Source: Ascidiella aspersa
Lineage: Eukaryota
Length of the DNA: 64,000 nucleotides
Reading direction: 5' to 3'
Assembly (NCBI GenBank): GCA_963924565.1
Contig: OZ004614.1
Span: forward strand, 8,804,001-8,868,000
In this document: in pieces, positions 51,901 through 59,696 of the stretch
How the letters are laid out: every line of letters starts with the position of its first letter
Position numbering within the stretch: the stretch's first letter is position 1
Notes under the pieces: generated by a model
The model's input: only the letters and a program-made list of their open reading frames with translations
Told to the model about the DNA's origin: nothing
Database searches by the model: none
Made by a program: the position numbers and the translations under genes

Positions 51901-54507
51901 ATCCATTATGTGAAAATGTTTGTTTTTAACCGCAGTTCAAATTTCAAAAAGTATATGGTAAACAGCTTTTCAGTTTTAATTTATTTAATGTTTATTCAAA
52001 TACAACATAATTTAAAGATAAAAAATAGAAGTTTGACAATGGAGTAATATGGCTATATGTTAAGGCTGTTAAGCAAAATGTAGTATCCAACCTATGGGAT
52101 TGTTTAACATTTTTGGGTAAGGAATACAAATTAGTAGGCCATTCTAGTGTTGTTCAATCACTGAAAAGAGTATTTCAAAAAAAAAATTGTTTGAGGTAAC
52201 GATATAAAGAAAGTTAAGAACCAATAACATAGATCAGATGTGTTGAAATGGTTTCTGTCCGCAACAGTCAAACCTGACAACATGATGATCCGCTAAACGC
52301 AATAGCAAATATATTGGACATGGTATTTTCAGTGTGCTTTATTATAGTACCGTACAACATATTAATAACCTTGTAACAGTTAAAAGTGAAGTATGCAAGA
52401 TTGTTTCAGTGAGAAAAATATTTATAATGAGTTGGTTTAGATCTACTCACAACAGCATTGAATCTGAAATAATGCAAAAAGTTTTTTTTGAGACTAAATT
52501 GGACGATGCGCACAAGAAGTTGACAAATGGCAGATCGAGATCCGCCATTTGAACACCACAGACATAAATAATCAAAATTTTGTTTAAAATTCAATCTTAT
52601 GGTTTACTATTAGATAGCCGAAATAAATAAGCGTCTGGGATTTGTGCTCACATGGTTTCCATCTCTTCGCCCGCCCTTGCTTATTTGGTAAACTCCCGGG
52701 GATGAGGGTAACTTGTAGAAGAAAAAGTTTTCCACGTTCCCTGTCAGATTAGCAGAGTTGCTTCGAAGGCGCTCGACGACATCTGTTGAAATATATGTTA
52801 TACATTTTGTTTGTAATTAAATTGGAGTTTTGAACCGATTAAGCCAGGGGCCCGAGGATCCGTTGAGGGTACGTGGACTAGTTTAAGGCGTCCACGTAGG
52901 CCTAACTGAAATATTAGTGTATTATTTTAAAAACGAATGATTTAAAGTTTTTTTTGAAGAAAATATATTAACTAAAACAAAACTCTTGGAACCTTCTCCT
53001 TAAATGTTATTACACTACATTTCAATTGCAAAAAATTTGGAACGCAAACGGCAGTTTTGCCATGTTTACTACTACTAGAAAATCCTGCCGACCATGTTCT
53101 ACGCAAACCAAAATAAAATTTTAGTAGTCCCCGTTACAAAAGTTTAAGCACCACTGCCACCGAAGTAATTGATCACAGTATAGTCAAAGCAGATGCTACT
53201 AAACCCCATTGTATTGTGTGTATAATTTTAGTCTTAATTGCACAAATTGTTCACACATTTAACCCGTAAATATCGCGATGGGTTATTCAAACTTTTGAAC
53301 GGTTTCGCGCGGGTAACCATTTCATATTTGCAGAAACATGTTACCAAGCAAAATAAAAAATAAAACTGTTTAACAAAAAAACGCAACTATAACATTCTCG
53401 TTTTGTTTTATGATAACAAAATGAGGTTTTAAACCTAAATTTGGAATACTGATAATACAAAGAAGTGAATGATGCCAGTTACGAACAAACACATGTGAGT
53501 ATAAATTTTAATTCGGCTGTAACGTGGGACAATTAGTGATTGCTTTTAACAGTTTCAACTTCAGACCCTGGTGTTTTTTTTTTTATTTGTATAAGATTTA
53601 TTTGGATTAAAAAATGACAAATTCACGTTTTGAAAGGTTAGTTTATCCTGGGCGTCTTTTTTAGGAATTCAAAGGCATAAAGGTATTATGTGTGGTCACA
53701 CGATATGTATTAGGGTGTGGAAGTACAGAAAGTATGTTTATCTATATTTGGGAGGAAGGTAAAATAATTGTCCACCACTTCATTCAAACATAAAATAATT
53801 ATAACAAAATTTGTTTATATAAAAACTCACGAGGCCATAATGTATAAATTGTTTATAGCGTAACTTGGCCTCATGTTCACCTTACAGTTCAGAAAAGGTT
53901 TTATGAACGTTATACTCACCATTCGCGAATGTTGCAGTGGTCTCTGACGCAAATGCTAGAAACGAAAAATAAAGATCAAACAATTTAATATGTGATAACG
54001 CTATTGAACAGACATTATGAAAAATGTTTAGTCAACGATGCAATGTATTCTTCGTAGAGGTGTTTTTCTTATTAAGACAAACCGCGAATATGTTTACATG
54101 TGTTTTATGGCGACGCGTAAAGATGTCTATTATTAGCCTGTTAGCCGCTGTAGGCGTTTTCCTAGTGGCAATCATGACAGAAACAATTATTTTTTCTGCA
54201 TAATTGCCACGCATGAAGAAATCAAATTGACAATTAAGAAAAGATGACTTGAAATACAAAACTATGGTATAAGCTGCATTTCTCAATTGGTGCGCCAGAA
54301 GGTTGTATTCTGCGCCCAAGCCCGTCGAAAAAATATTCGAAATATATTTATATTTATTCCTTTCTATTTCGGCTTACTTTGCTGAGTGCGCAGTAACAAA
54401 ACGATAAAGCCTATAATACAATAAAAACGAGCATGAAATTTACGATAACTACCGGTATACTGCGTAAAAGGTGCGCACTGCGCAAAAAAGTTCAAAACAA
54501 TTGTCAT
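21774..54507 (-). CDS. Large multi-exon gene: signal peptide + 6 x unnamed ~225-aa domain + 3 x TSP1 + probable TM segment (D1-D2-TSP1-D3-TSP1-D4-D5-TSP1-D6-TM); ~1540 aa to the stop in repeat 6; this copy has frame lesions (possible pseudogene/null allele or sequence errors)
   Basis: Six recurring sets of homologous exons A-F with GT-AG sites (one GC-AG), conserved lengths (B mostly 59 nt, C 97 nt, F 86 nt) and conserved phases 1-0-2-0-0-2-1. Recurrent motifs: GPSYxFxTFAxHPFTA, LRNYTLxYxGxQ...CEVYFxLPLT, NKASVxSGxGxAVFGYTLLSK, EIxxTMxxMMHIILG. The frame joins across all junctions except at the noted lesions. Confidence 0.88.
22593..28110 (-). CDS. Domain repeat 6 (exons 27971-28110, 24030-24088, 23690-23786, 23421-23579, 22873-22988, 22593-22668), ending in TAG
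   Basis: ELFESFLKMSFSLTRPINNFHKY...GNE (GC donor); VYFKVGNARRQQAIYDISYS; GASYIFETFTVHPFTAFF; LRNNILQYGGVQ...CEVYFYLPLTG; NKASVQSKSGLAVFGYTLFSK; EEIKATMSKMMEIILV*. Confidence 0.85.
24270..27371 (+). mobile_element. Old degenerate Gypsy LTR element remnant with nested insertions
   Basis: Shared LTR ends ...GAATACAAGCTTGCCACTACA (24503) and ...GAATACAAGCTTGCCACAACA (27371); PBS-like TGGTGACCCCG after the 5' LTR; integrase remnant at 26780-27200 (YHPQANGFVERFHR, WTDELPRVLL, PPYEGPYKV). The 5' start is approximate. Confidence 0.75.
24808..26753. repeat. Repeat-rich non-autonomous DNA element (CMC/EnSpm-like right end CAGTG) with many TACCCAA/TTGGGTA motifs
   Basis: Many TACCCAA motifs in both orientations; internal ~40-bp repeat x3 (26383, 26484, 26648) and ~70-bp repeat x2 (25062, 25227); ends ...TTGCTAACAGTG|TA; left end not recognisable. 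Confidence 0.55.
28310..28471 (-). CDS. Thrombospondin type-1 repeat exon (TSP1-c)
   Basis: 162-nt phase 1-1 exon: VWSRWTSWSASPISCRVYGIQIRSRSCTSGPCLQTSSTYQTQSRPFSGLKC. Confidence 0.85.
29539..32385 (-). CDS. Domain repeat 5 (exons 32231-32385, 31526-31584, 30839-30935, 30584-30742, 30100-30248, 29539-29624)
   Basis: EILERVRSNSCNLTRGVANYYPF...GNQ; LYFKIGDEPRQLVVYNKTYR; GPSYTFATFAVHPFTAVFLL; LQNYTLKYRGTQ...DPTACEVYFFLPLTP; FVRSGGGKAVFGYTLLSK; KEINETMSAMIHILVGADYS. Confidence 0.88.
30996..31298 (+). mobile_element. hAT MITE in an intron of repeat 5
   Basis: CAGGGTTTCTTAA...TTAAGGAACCCCTG; empty site visible in the inverted duplicate near 57445. Confidence 0.85.
31905..32151 (+). mobile_element. 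hAT MITE in an intron of repeat 5
   Basis: CAGTGCTTCTTAA...TTAAGAAAAACTG; perfect TSD ATCTAAAA; empty site in the duplicate near 56822. Confidence 0.88.
32909..36960 (-). CDS. Domain repeat 4 (exons 36821-36960, 36031-36089, 35821-35917, 35596-35748, 33253-33371, 32909-32994)
   Basis: EIFERFLSERGILTWLVENFHRY...; VSFKVGEAPFKTAIYNRKYT; GPSYTFTTFATHPFRA...; LNYTMKYGGAQ...CKILFFLPLTT; NASVWSGDGASVLGYTLLSK; DEIKTAMRTMMHIILGGDKA. Confidence 0.88.
33480..34793 (+). mobile_element. TA-flanked TIR element (probably pogo/Tc1-mariner derived), non-autonomous, with a nested MITE fragment
   Basis: TIRs GGGGAAGTGCTGGATCCATGGAACA / TGTTCCATGGGTCCCGCACCTCCCC flanked by TA; short start MPTFKTRSSNKGLFTE resembles pogo-type transposase N-termini. 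Confidence 0.7.
35203..35360. repeat. Imperfect palindrome / foldback MITE-like hairpin
   Basis: ATCTAAGACTGTT...TTACAGAA...TTTCGCC pairs with GGCGAAA...TTCTGTAA...AACAGTCTTAGAT. Confidence 0.6.
37362..37520 (-). CDS. Thrombospondin type-1 repeat exon (TSP1-b)
   Basis: 159-nt phase 1-1 exon: VWSHWSQWSSCPDNCPGQQTQIRLRNCIIGPCPQNNSRVERETRPC; WSxWSxWSSC motif. Confidence 0.9.
37984..41223 (-). CDS. Domain repeat 3 (exons 41096-41223, 40348-40406, 39734-39830, 39214-39372, 38399-38517, 37984-38069)
   Basis: GIFKRVRANSPDISRNVKRFYAY...; VYFKVGQEPLRRATYDSSYS; GQSYFLETFAIHPFTA...; LRNYTLQF...CEIYYLLPLTS; NKASVQSGGGPAVLGYTLLSK; DEIRDTMMSMMHLILGIDQQ; frame continuous. Confidence 0.88.
39895..40237 (+). 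mobile_element. hAT-type MITE (CAGGGCTGCGGAGTCG family); partial copies near 11050 and 33985
   Basis: Perfect 16-bp TIRs; TSD GCTTAAGT/GCGTAAGT. Confidence 0.88.
41810..41968 (-). CDS. Thrombospondin type-1 repeat exon (TSP1-a)
   Basis: 159-nt phase 1-1 exon: VASTWTTWSADGSSCRQKGTQSRTRNCTSGHCLKTSNIVEVQKRPC; WxxW and RxRxC signature. Confidence 0.85.
42245..44502 (-). CDS. Domain repeat 2 (exons 44387-44502, 43943-44002, 43262-43358, 43003-43164, 42677-42795, 42245-42330); exon B has a +1 frameshift
   Basis: EIFQRIRSNISNLTRKVDNFYSY...; GPSYIFAIVAMHPMTA...; LRNYTLKYEGVQ...CEVYFYLPLTS; NKASVESGKGEAVFGYTLLSK; EEIKASMLTMLHLILGVDQS. Exon B is 60 nt versus 59 nt in four paralogous exons. Confidence 0.85.
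45835..48697 (-). mobile_element. Ty3/Gypsy LTR retrotransposon (Mag/K02A2.6-like), internally deleted and non-autonomous, in the intron between repeats 1 and 2
   Basis: LTRs at 45835-46047 and 48467-48697 with TGTTGT...ACA/ATA ends; 5-bp TSD CATTA; polypurine tract AAGGGGAGA next to the 3' LTR. Confidence 0.95.
46077..48375 (-). pseudogene. Gypsy gag/pol remnants (gag N-terminus, RT C-terminus, RNase H, integrase) with frameshifts
   Basis: LWDDYWSRF (gag); LEKCKF..VEYLGH (RT); CDAS, YSQIQKEALA, TDHKPL (RNase H); HxxH..CxxC, WSRLHID, IVSDN (integrase). Protease and the RT YxDD core are missing. Confidence 0.92.
48991..49746 (+). mobile_element. hAT (Charlie-type) MITE
   Basis: CAGGGGTCGGCAACC...GGCTGCCGACCCCTG; TSD CCCTAGAA/CTCTAGAA. 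Confidence 0.88.
49915..52782 (-). CDS. Domain repeat 1 (exons 52652-52782, 51710-51765, 50934-51030, 50663-50827, 50195-50334, 49915-50000)
   Basis: DVVERLRSNSANLTGNVENFFFY...GNH|VSFEGKKGPKRAIYNKTYT|EPLFTFTSYGVTPFTALFLL...|...CEVYFFLPLFP|NSNRT...AVLGYILLSK|PTGETISQKEINATMMTMMHIILDGDRS; canonical splice sites, frame continuous. Confidence 0.88.
53920..54507 (-). CDS. Putative first two coding exons (54378-54507 and 53920-53955): MTIVLNFFAQCAPFTQYTGSYRKFHARFYCIIGFIVLLLRTQQ/TFASETTATFAN, signal-peptide-like
   Basis: ATG at 54507; 130-nt exon ending at GTAAGC (phase 1); 36-nt phase 1-1 exon (TTTCTAG...GTGAGT) that joins in frame to exon A1; hydrophobic core FYCIIGFIVLLL. Confidence 0.6.
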
Positions 54508-55045
54508 AGGGTGTTTGGCTGTTTTGTAACCGAGCGGTCACTTAATACCTGTAGACGTTGTATTTTATAGTGTTGTAAACCAGTAACGTTCCACCAAATG
54601 GCCACTTTGCTGGATTTAGCTCGTCTTATTTTTGTTGCTGTAACGAAAACCATTACTTATTTGAAATTTTACGCAATACAGTAACACAAAGACGCGAAAA
54701 GAAGTCTTCATGAAAACAGAAAACACGTCAGGGCACACTTTTCAAAATATAACCATTCGATAACCGACGCACGTTATAAATGTGGCCTCGGGTGTATGAA
54801 AAATGTATTTCGCTGAGTTTAATTATGTTGAATCATTTGCGGGACTATCGTTCAAAGTGGCTTATTTTGCGTGGTTCTCAACTGTATTCTGCGTGCTTCT
54901 CAACTGTATTCTCAACTGTATTTTTCTGTCAAATTACCATAAATGTTAAGGTTTGTATGAACGTTCACTCAAATTATTTGATTGACAAAATACGAAGTAG
55001 GTTGGTACCAAATACAAAAGTGGTATGCACGTGCCGTACGCGTAT

Positions 55046-55076
55046 ACACATACACCACTTACATACAAACACACTA

Positions 55077-55111
<35 letters not shown>

Positions 55112-55155
55112 AACACACTAACACACACACACTAACACACAAACACATAAACACG
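55046..55155. repeat. (CA)n microsatellite
   Basis: Long CA dinucleotide run with interruptions. Confidence 0.95.
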
Positions 55156-56767
55156 GACTCATATACACCTGCGTCAGTTCTAGACAATCGACAAAGTGTG
55201 GACCGGTACAGAATAAGTTATTAGTTGTTTAGTTCCGCGGTGACCAACACATTTTGTCCAATTTTTTTTACTTTTACTTAAGATGCGCCGCACAATTTCA
55301 TTGTTTCAAGGGGGACACACAATAAAACCTAAAAAGCAACAAAATCTAAAGCAGAAAAATCTATAAAACCGTAGTATTAAGATCAACGACATAAAAAATC
55401 CATACCCAGTATTATTCATGAGAGAATATGGTCTAAATCGTTTGAATAAGACAAAAAAACTTGTCGGATTAAATCCTAAATTCATCGAAATAAAGGTGAA
55501 ATGCCAAAACAACGCCTGAAATTGAAGGAAGAGATTATGGGACGTTTGGGCGACCTATAGTTTGAATGGCTAATTTGAAGCGCCGCTGTTTTGCAGTGGA
55601 TTTTTCGGCCCTGTTTAGGAATATTGGTGGGTAATGGGTAGGGTGAGAAAATAGGTTAGGTTTCAAATTATCAGGGAAATTGGTCATATAGCCTACTTGG
55701 GGGTGGGGTTTGGGGTGAGGTAAAATGTAGTGGAGGCCTGATTCTGGCCATTTAGGTCTTATTCCGTCGGATTTGGGACATTTTTACGATTTAAACGGCA
55801 ATACAACAATAAGGTATATGCTCTATTTTGGTCTCATTCCAACGTTGCGTTGTTCTTATTTCGGTCCTATGGCTGGAGTTCTTTTAAAACGATAACTAGA
55901 TACATACGAACAAATTGTATAATAAACAACATCCTATACTTTTCTGTTGTACTTTTTAAAAATAGCATATTGTTATTCATTTTGATAAGGTATAGGCTAT
56001 ACCTACTCTTTTAATCTTGAAGGTATGTTGCGCGACTAAAAAACATTAAATGGGCTATCCTACATTATTTTTTATTAAAAAACTAATTTTTGCCATTAGT
56101 AAACTGAGTAAATACAAAGTGGCTATAGGTTTCTATGAATTTTCAAAATCGCAAATATATACCTTTGCTTGTTCCAGTTGCGAAAACACAAATCAAGAGC
56201 AGTATTTCCACGAAAACTGTATCCTTCCTATACATTGTGCCTAAAGAAATGACTGAAAAACATGTTTGTCCTCTGTAGCGCTGTATAACATTCCTAAGCG
56301 AAACAGTCATTATGGATTTTCCTGTTAGCGCTTCGTCATTATAGCCCACAGGCTTGATTGTATGTTGGCAAGTAGCGAAAGCGGTCTTAATTTTAAAGTC
56401 GTTTCTGCTATAGCTTTAACCAGTGGTGGCGATTCAGTCGGTTCTCACTGGTTGTGTAGAACCTTCTCACAACATTTTATGAGATCAGCGAACCGGGTAG
56501 CATTACTGGTTACCTTCAATGAATTTTTGCTCTTATCTGATACACCGATTTTTGAGATCAAAGTAGCTCACGTGTTTTGTTTTTTTGAAAGTGTGCATGT
56601 TCTCTTTTTTTATTGATCCCTTGGTAAATGTACACCAGCTGGTTATAACATTTATAGCTAATTTCACCCAGAAATCTACAGGCTAAATTGAATGGTGAAA
56701 AACGGATATTTTCAATATTTAGTTTTAATTTAATTAACTTTTCATTTTCATTTCCTTGTATGATGCA

Positions 56768-59693
56768 ATACCATCACGAAATATTGCGACTTTAAAGCCC
56801 TTTTTTGTTTACTAACACATTTTTAGATCATGTAAACTTAACTGCCGTCGGAACGCTGCACAAATATGTTTATTCAATTTTAACTAAATTAACAAAAAAT
56901 ATATATGTATATGTAAAGTATGCAAGGCGAAATAAAACGGATTGCTAGGATTTTAACAAGTGCCCTACATTTTGTGTGGTACACAAACGAGTCACGTTAT
57001 AAGTGCCAAAAAAATGTCATCATCAACGCGGAAGGCTAATGGTAATTTACAGTGTCAAAAAGCGAAGTTAGTCATGAAACGATATGAATAAAGTCAACGC
57101 AATTTAGATAGATGTTTTGCTTACCATTGCTTAAGACGTTACTCTTCTGCATTTCAATTGTACTTCAAAATTGGTGACGAGCCTAGACAACTTGTTGTGC
57201 ACAACAAAACTCACAGGTCAGTAAAATGTTGGCCAATTAGATGTAGCGTTAATAATTAAATAATCTTGAAGAAAAAACAATCTCTCCGGAAGGAAAAGTT
57301 CATTGTGTATATGATGAGTTAACTACAATTAATTTGGGGTTTGTTTAGAAAAGTGGCATGGTCCTTTATTTGGATGATTTTTAGCAGAACATTTTAAATG
57401 TATTGACAGAATATAGATTGTTAGTTGTTGATTACCACCGGATAATCTATGCCTTAGTTTTGCAATAAAAAATTGTTTACAGCATTTTTTCTTCTAAATG
57501 AAAAATCTGGTCCTCAACAGTACTCAATAAAGGTGAGCAAAACCTGTTTTCTATTGAATTTCATCATTTAGCCAATGTAGTCTTAACCTTTACCTATTTC
57601 GTCTGGACGACTTGTCAATATTACAGGTGATCTCCGAATTCAACACACACGTCCGTGGCTTGTTTGAGACGTTCGAAGGCTCGGTTTTTCTTCAAAACTA
57701 CACTCTCAAGTATCGAGGCACGCAACTGTCCTCCAAAAAGGATCCAACGGCTTGCGAAGTTTACTTTTTCTTGCCGCTCACTCCAGTAACTATTTAGGCC
57801 CAACTAGAGATATCCGATAATTAATTTACAAGTTTTACGACTCGAAACTTTGGAGAAAATGTACCGCGATGCCGTTTGATACTGAATAACGTCATTACCA
57901 TGATCAAACAAGCGACATAGTTGACAATTAAATAAGATTTCGTAGTTATTATTTTGTCACTATTTGCTTTTTGATAAGAGGTTTTAATTACCTCCAGTGA
58001 CGACCAAGGGTTTAAACCGTCGCAAAATACAGCTGAAATATTTGGATTAATTTTGTATTGGATTACAACAATACAACCCTAGTATTGGACCAGTTCCGAT
58101 AACATTACTCCGTCAGGTATTAACTTTAAACCGATATTGTCGGTCATCCCTCTATAGGCCAAAAGCAGAAATATATATGGATTTCTGATTTGGAGAGCGA
58201 TTGTTTAAAAGGGAAACAAAAACTTGTAGTTTATTCTGGATGGCATTAACACCACAGTTACAACAGTTACTGATCTTGGGAAATACTTTGGACAATAATG
58301 GAGATTACAGCAATAAACAAAACTAAAATATGTGGTGATGCTGCAAAATTAAAGTAGAATGCTTCGACGTAGTTTTTGCAAATTTTCTCTAGCTTTAGAA
58401 TTTGAACTTAAAAGCTGAGATTTTCAAATTAGAGGTCCATGGGAAAGGGGCGTCGGCAGAACATTCCTTTTTATAGGCTGAAAAGTTGTATTGGTGCGAC
58501 AATAGATCTCTTTTCAAAATCTATTAAAAATATTTTTTTAACAGCTGTTAAACATTGTTCTGAAAAACATTCAAGTGGTCAGCCAATATTTCAAGAAAAC
58601 CTAAAAGGGGTCCGCAATGTGAAAACGTTGAACCACTGCTTTAAAATGATTCTTATTGTACGTTCTAACAACCCGTTACACGTTTTTAAAACAGATTTTA
58701 TCGTTAAATGTTGTTCACGAAATGCCACGTCCAAATCTGGACGTTTGGCAACCCTTAAACTTACACAGAAATCGGATTTGGACAAACGGATCGCACATAT
58801 TGTTGCGCATTTACAATGTTTTGTTACCTTTCGGCAGATTTTTACAAACATAGCCCCTCATTCTGGTTTACTTTATTCCCATTAAGGAGGGTATTTTGTT
58901 CTCATTAAACATCATTCCGGCTTAATTTCTTTTTCATAAAGGAAGAAGAGTTAATTATTTAGGTTGACGTCTAACTGTCAAAAGAGATCAAACAATTTAA
59001 CCTTTTATGACAACCGTCGACTACCCTCGATGTGAACAATTTTTTTTGTGTTTAACTGTGAAAAACCGCAGATTTATCAAAGCACTTGTTGCGCTTCAGA
59101 ATTCAAAACGCAGGCTTAGCCTGTGGCCAAAAGAGAGCGATGTTCCTTCGTATCATTGGAAACGTAAACATGGAACGAAAACAGAAAACCTAGCTTTTGT
59201 CCGATCGGGAGGCGACAAGGTCGTGTTCGGATTTACTCTTTCTGTTGAAGTTTTTCAAATGCGACTAATGTTTACGTTTACGGTTCAAAGCTTTTTGTTG
59301 AAAACAGCTCCAGTTAATAATTTTTCAGCAAGAAATGGATCTGCTGAAAGGGATATTGTAGACTGTCGTAAAACTTTCGCAGCGGGCACATTATAATAAG
59401 TAAGCGCAGTTTCTTAGGAAAATACTTATTGCTGAGACATATGGGTACATATTTCATAAGATTGTAGGGCAACCTGCTAACGCAATCCTGCAACGGAATT
59501 CGTGAAATGCAATCTACAGGCTAAACAAAACGCATTTAAATTTTATTTTTAGATAAATTTTATTGAACTCATACGAAATGCATTTTTACTCTTTGCTTAT
59601 CTGTTTTTTTAAAAGCACCCAATTAAACATTTAAACAAAATTATCCATTCATAGCAGGTGCATTCAGGTTACGTTGGTTTCTAAATAAGTGCT
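56768..59693 (+). pseudogene. Inverted partial duplicate of repeat 5 of the large gene (exons B-E), decayed
   Basis: Reverse complement of ~29677-32222; exon B acceptor CAG>CAA; exon C 5'-truncated; exon D at 57628-57786 nearly identical; exon E from 59100 diverged; ~58005-59080 does not align. Confidence 0.88.
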
Positions 59694-59696
59694 GGT

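Noticed and set aside
53830-53881. Possible extra exon GEHEAKLRYKQFIHYGL with GTGAGT donor
   Set aside because: Needs an intron under 40 nt and ends in phase 0, incompatible with the phase-1 start of exon A1
58439-58885. 148-aa ORF
   Set aside because: Overlaps a hAT MITE end (GGGGTCCGC...AACCACTG) and has no protein-like motif; likely chance
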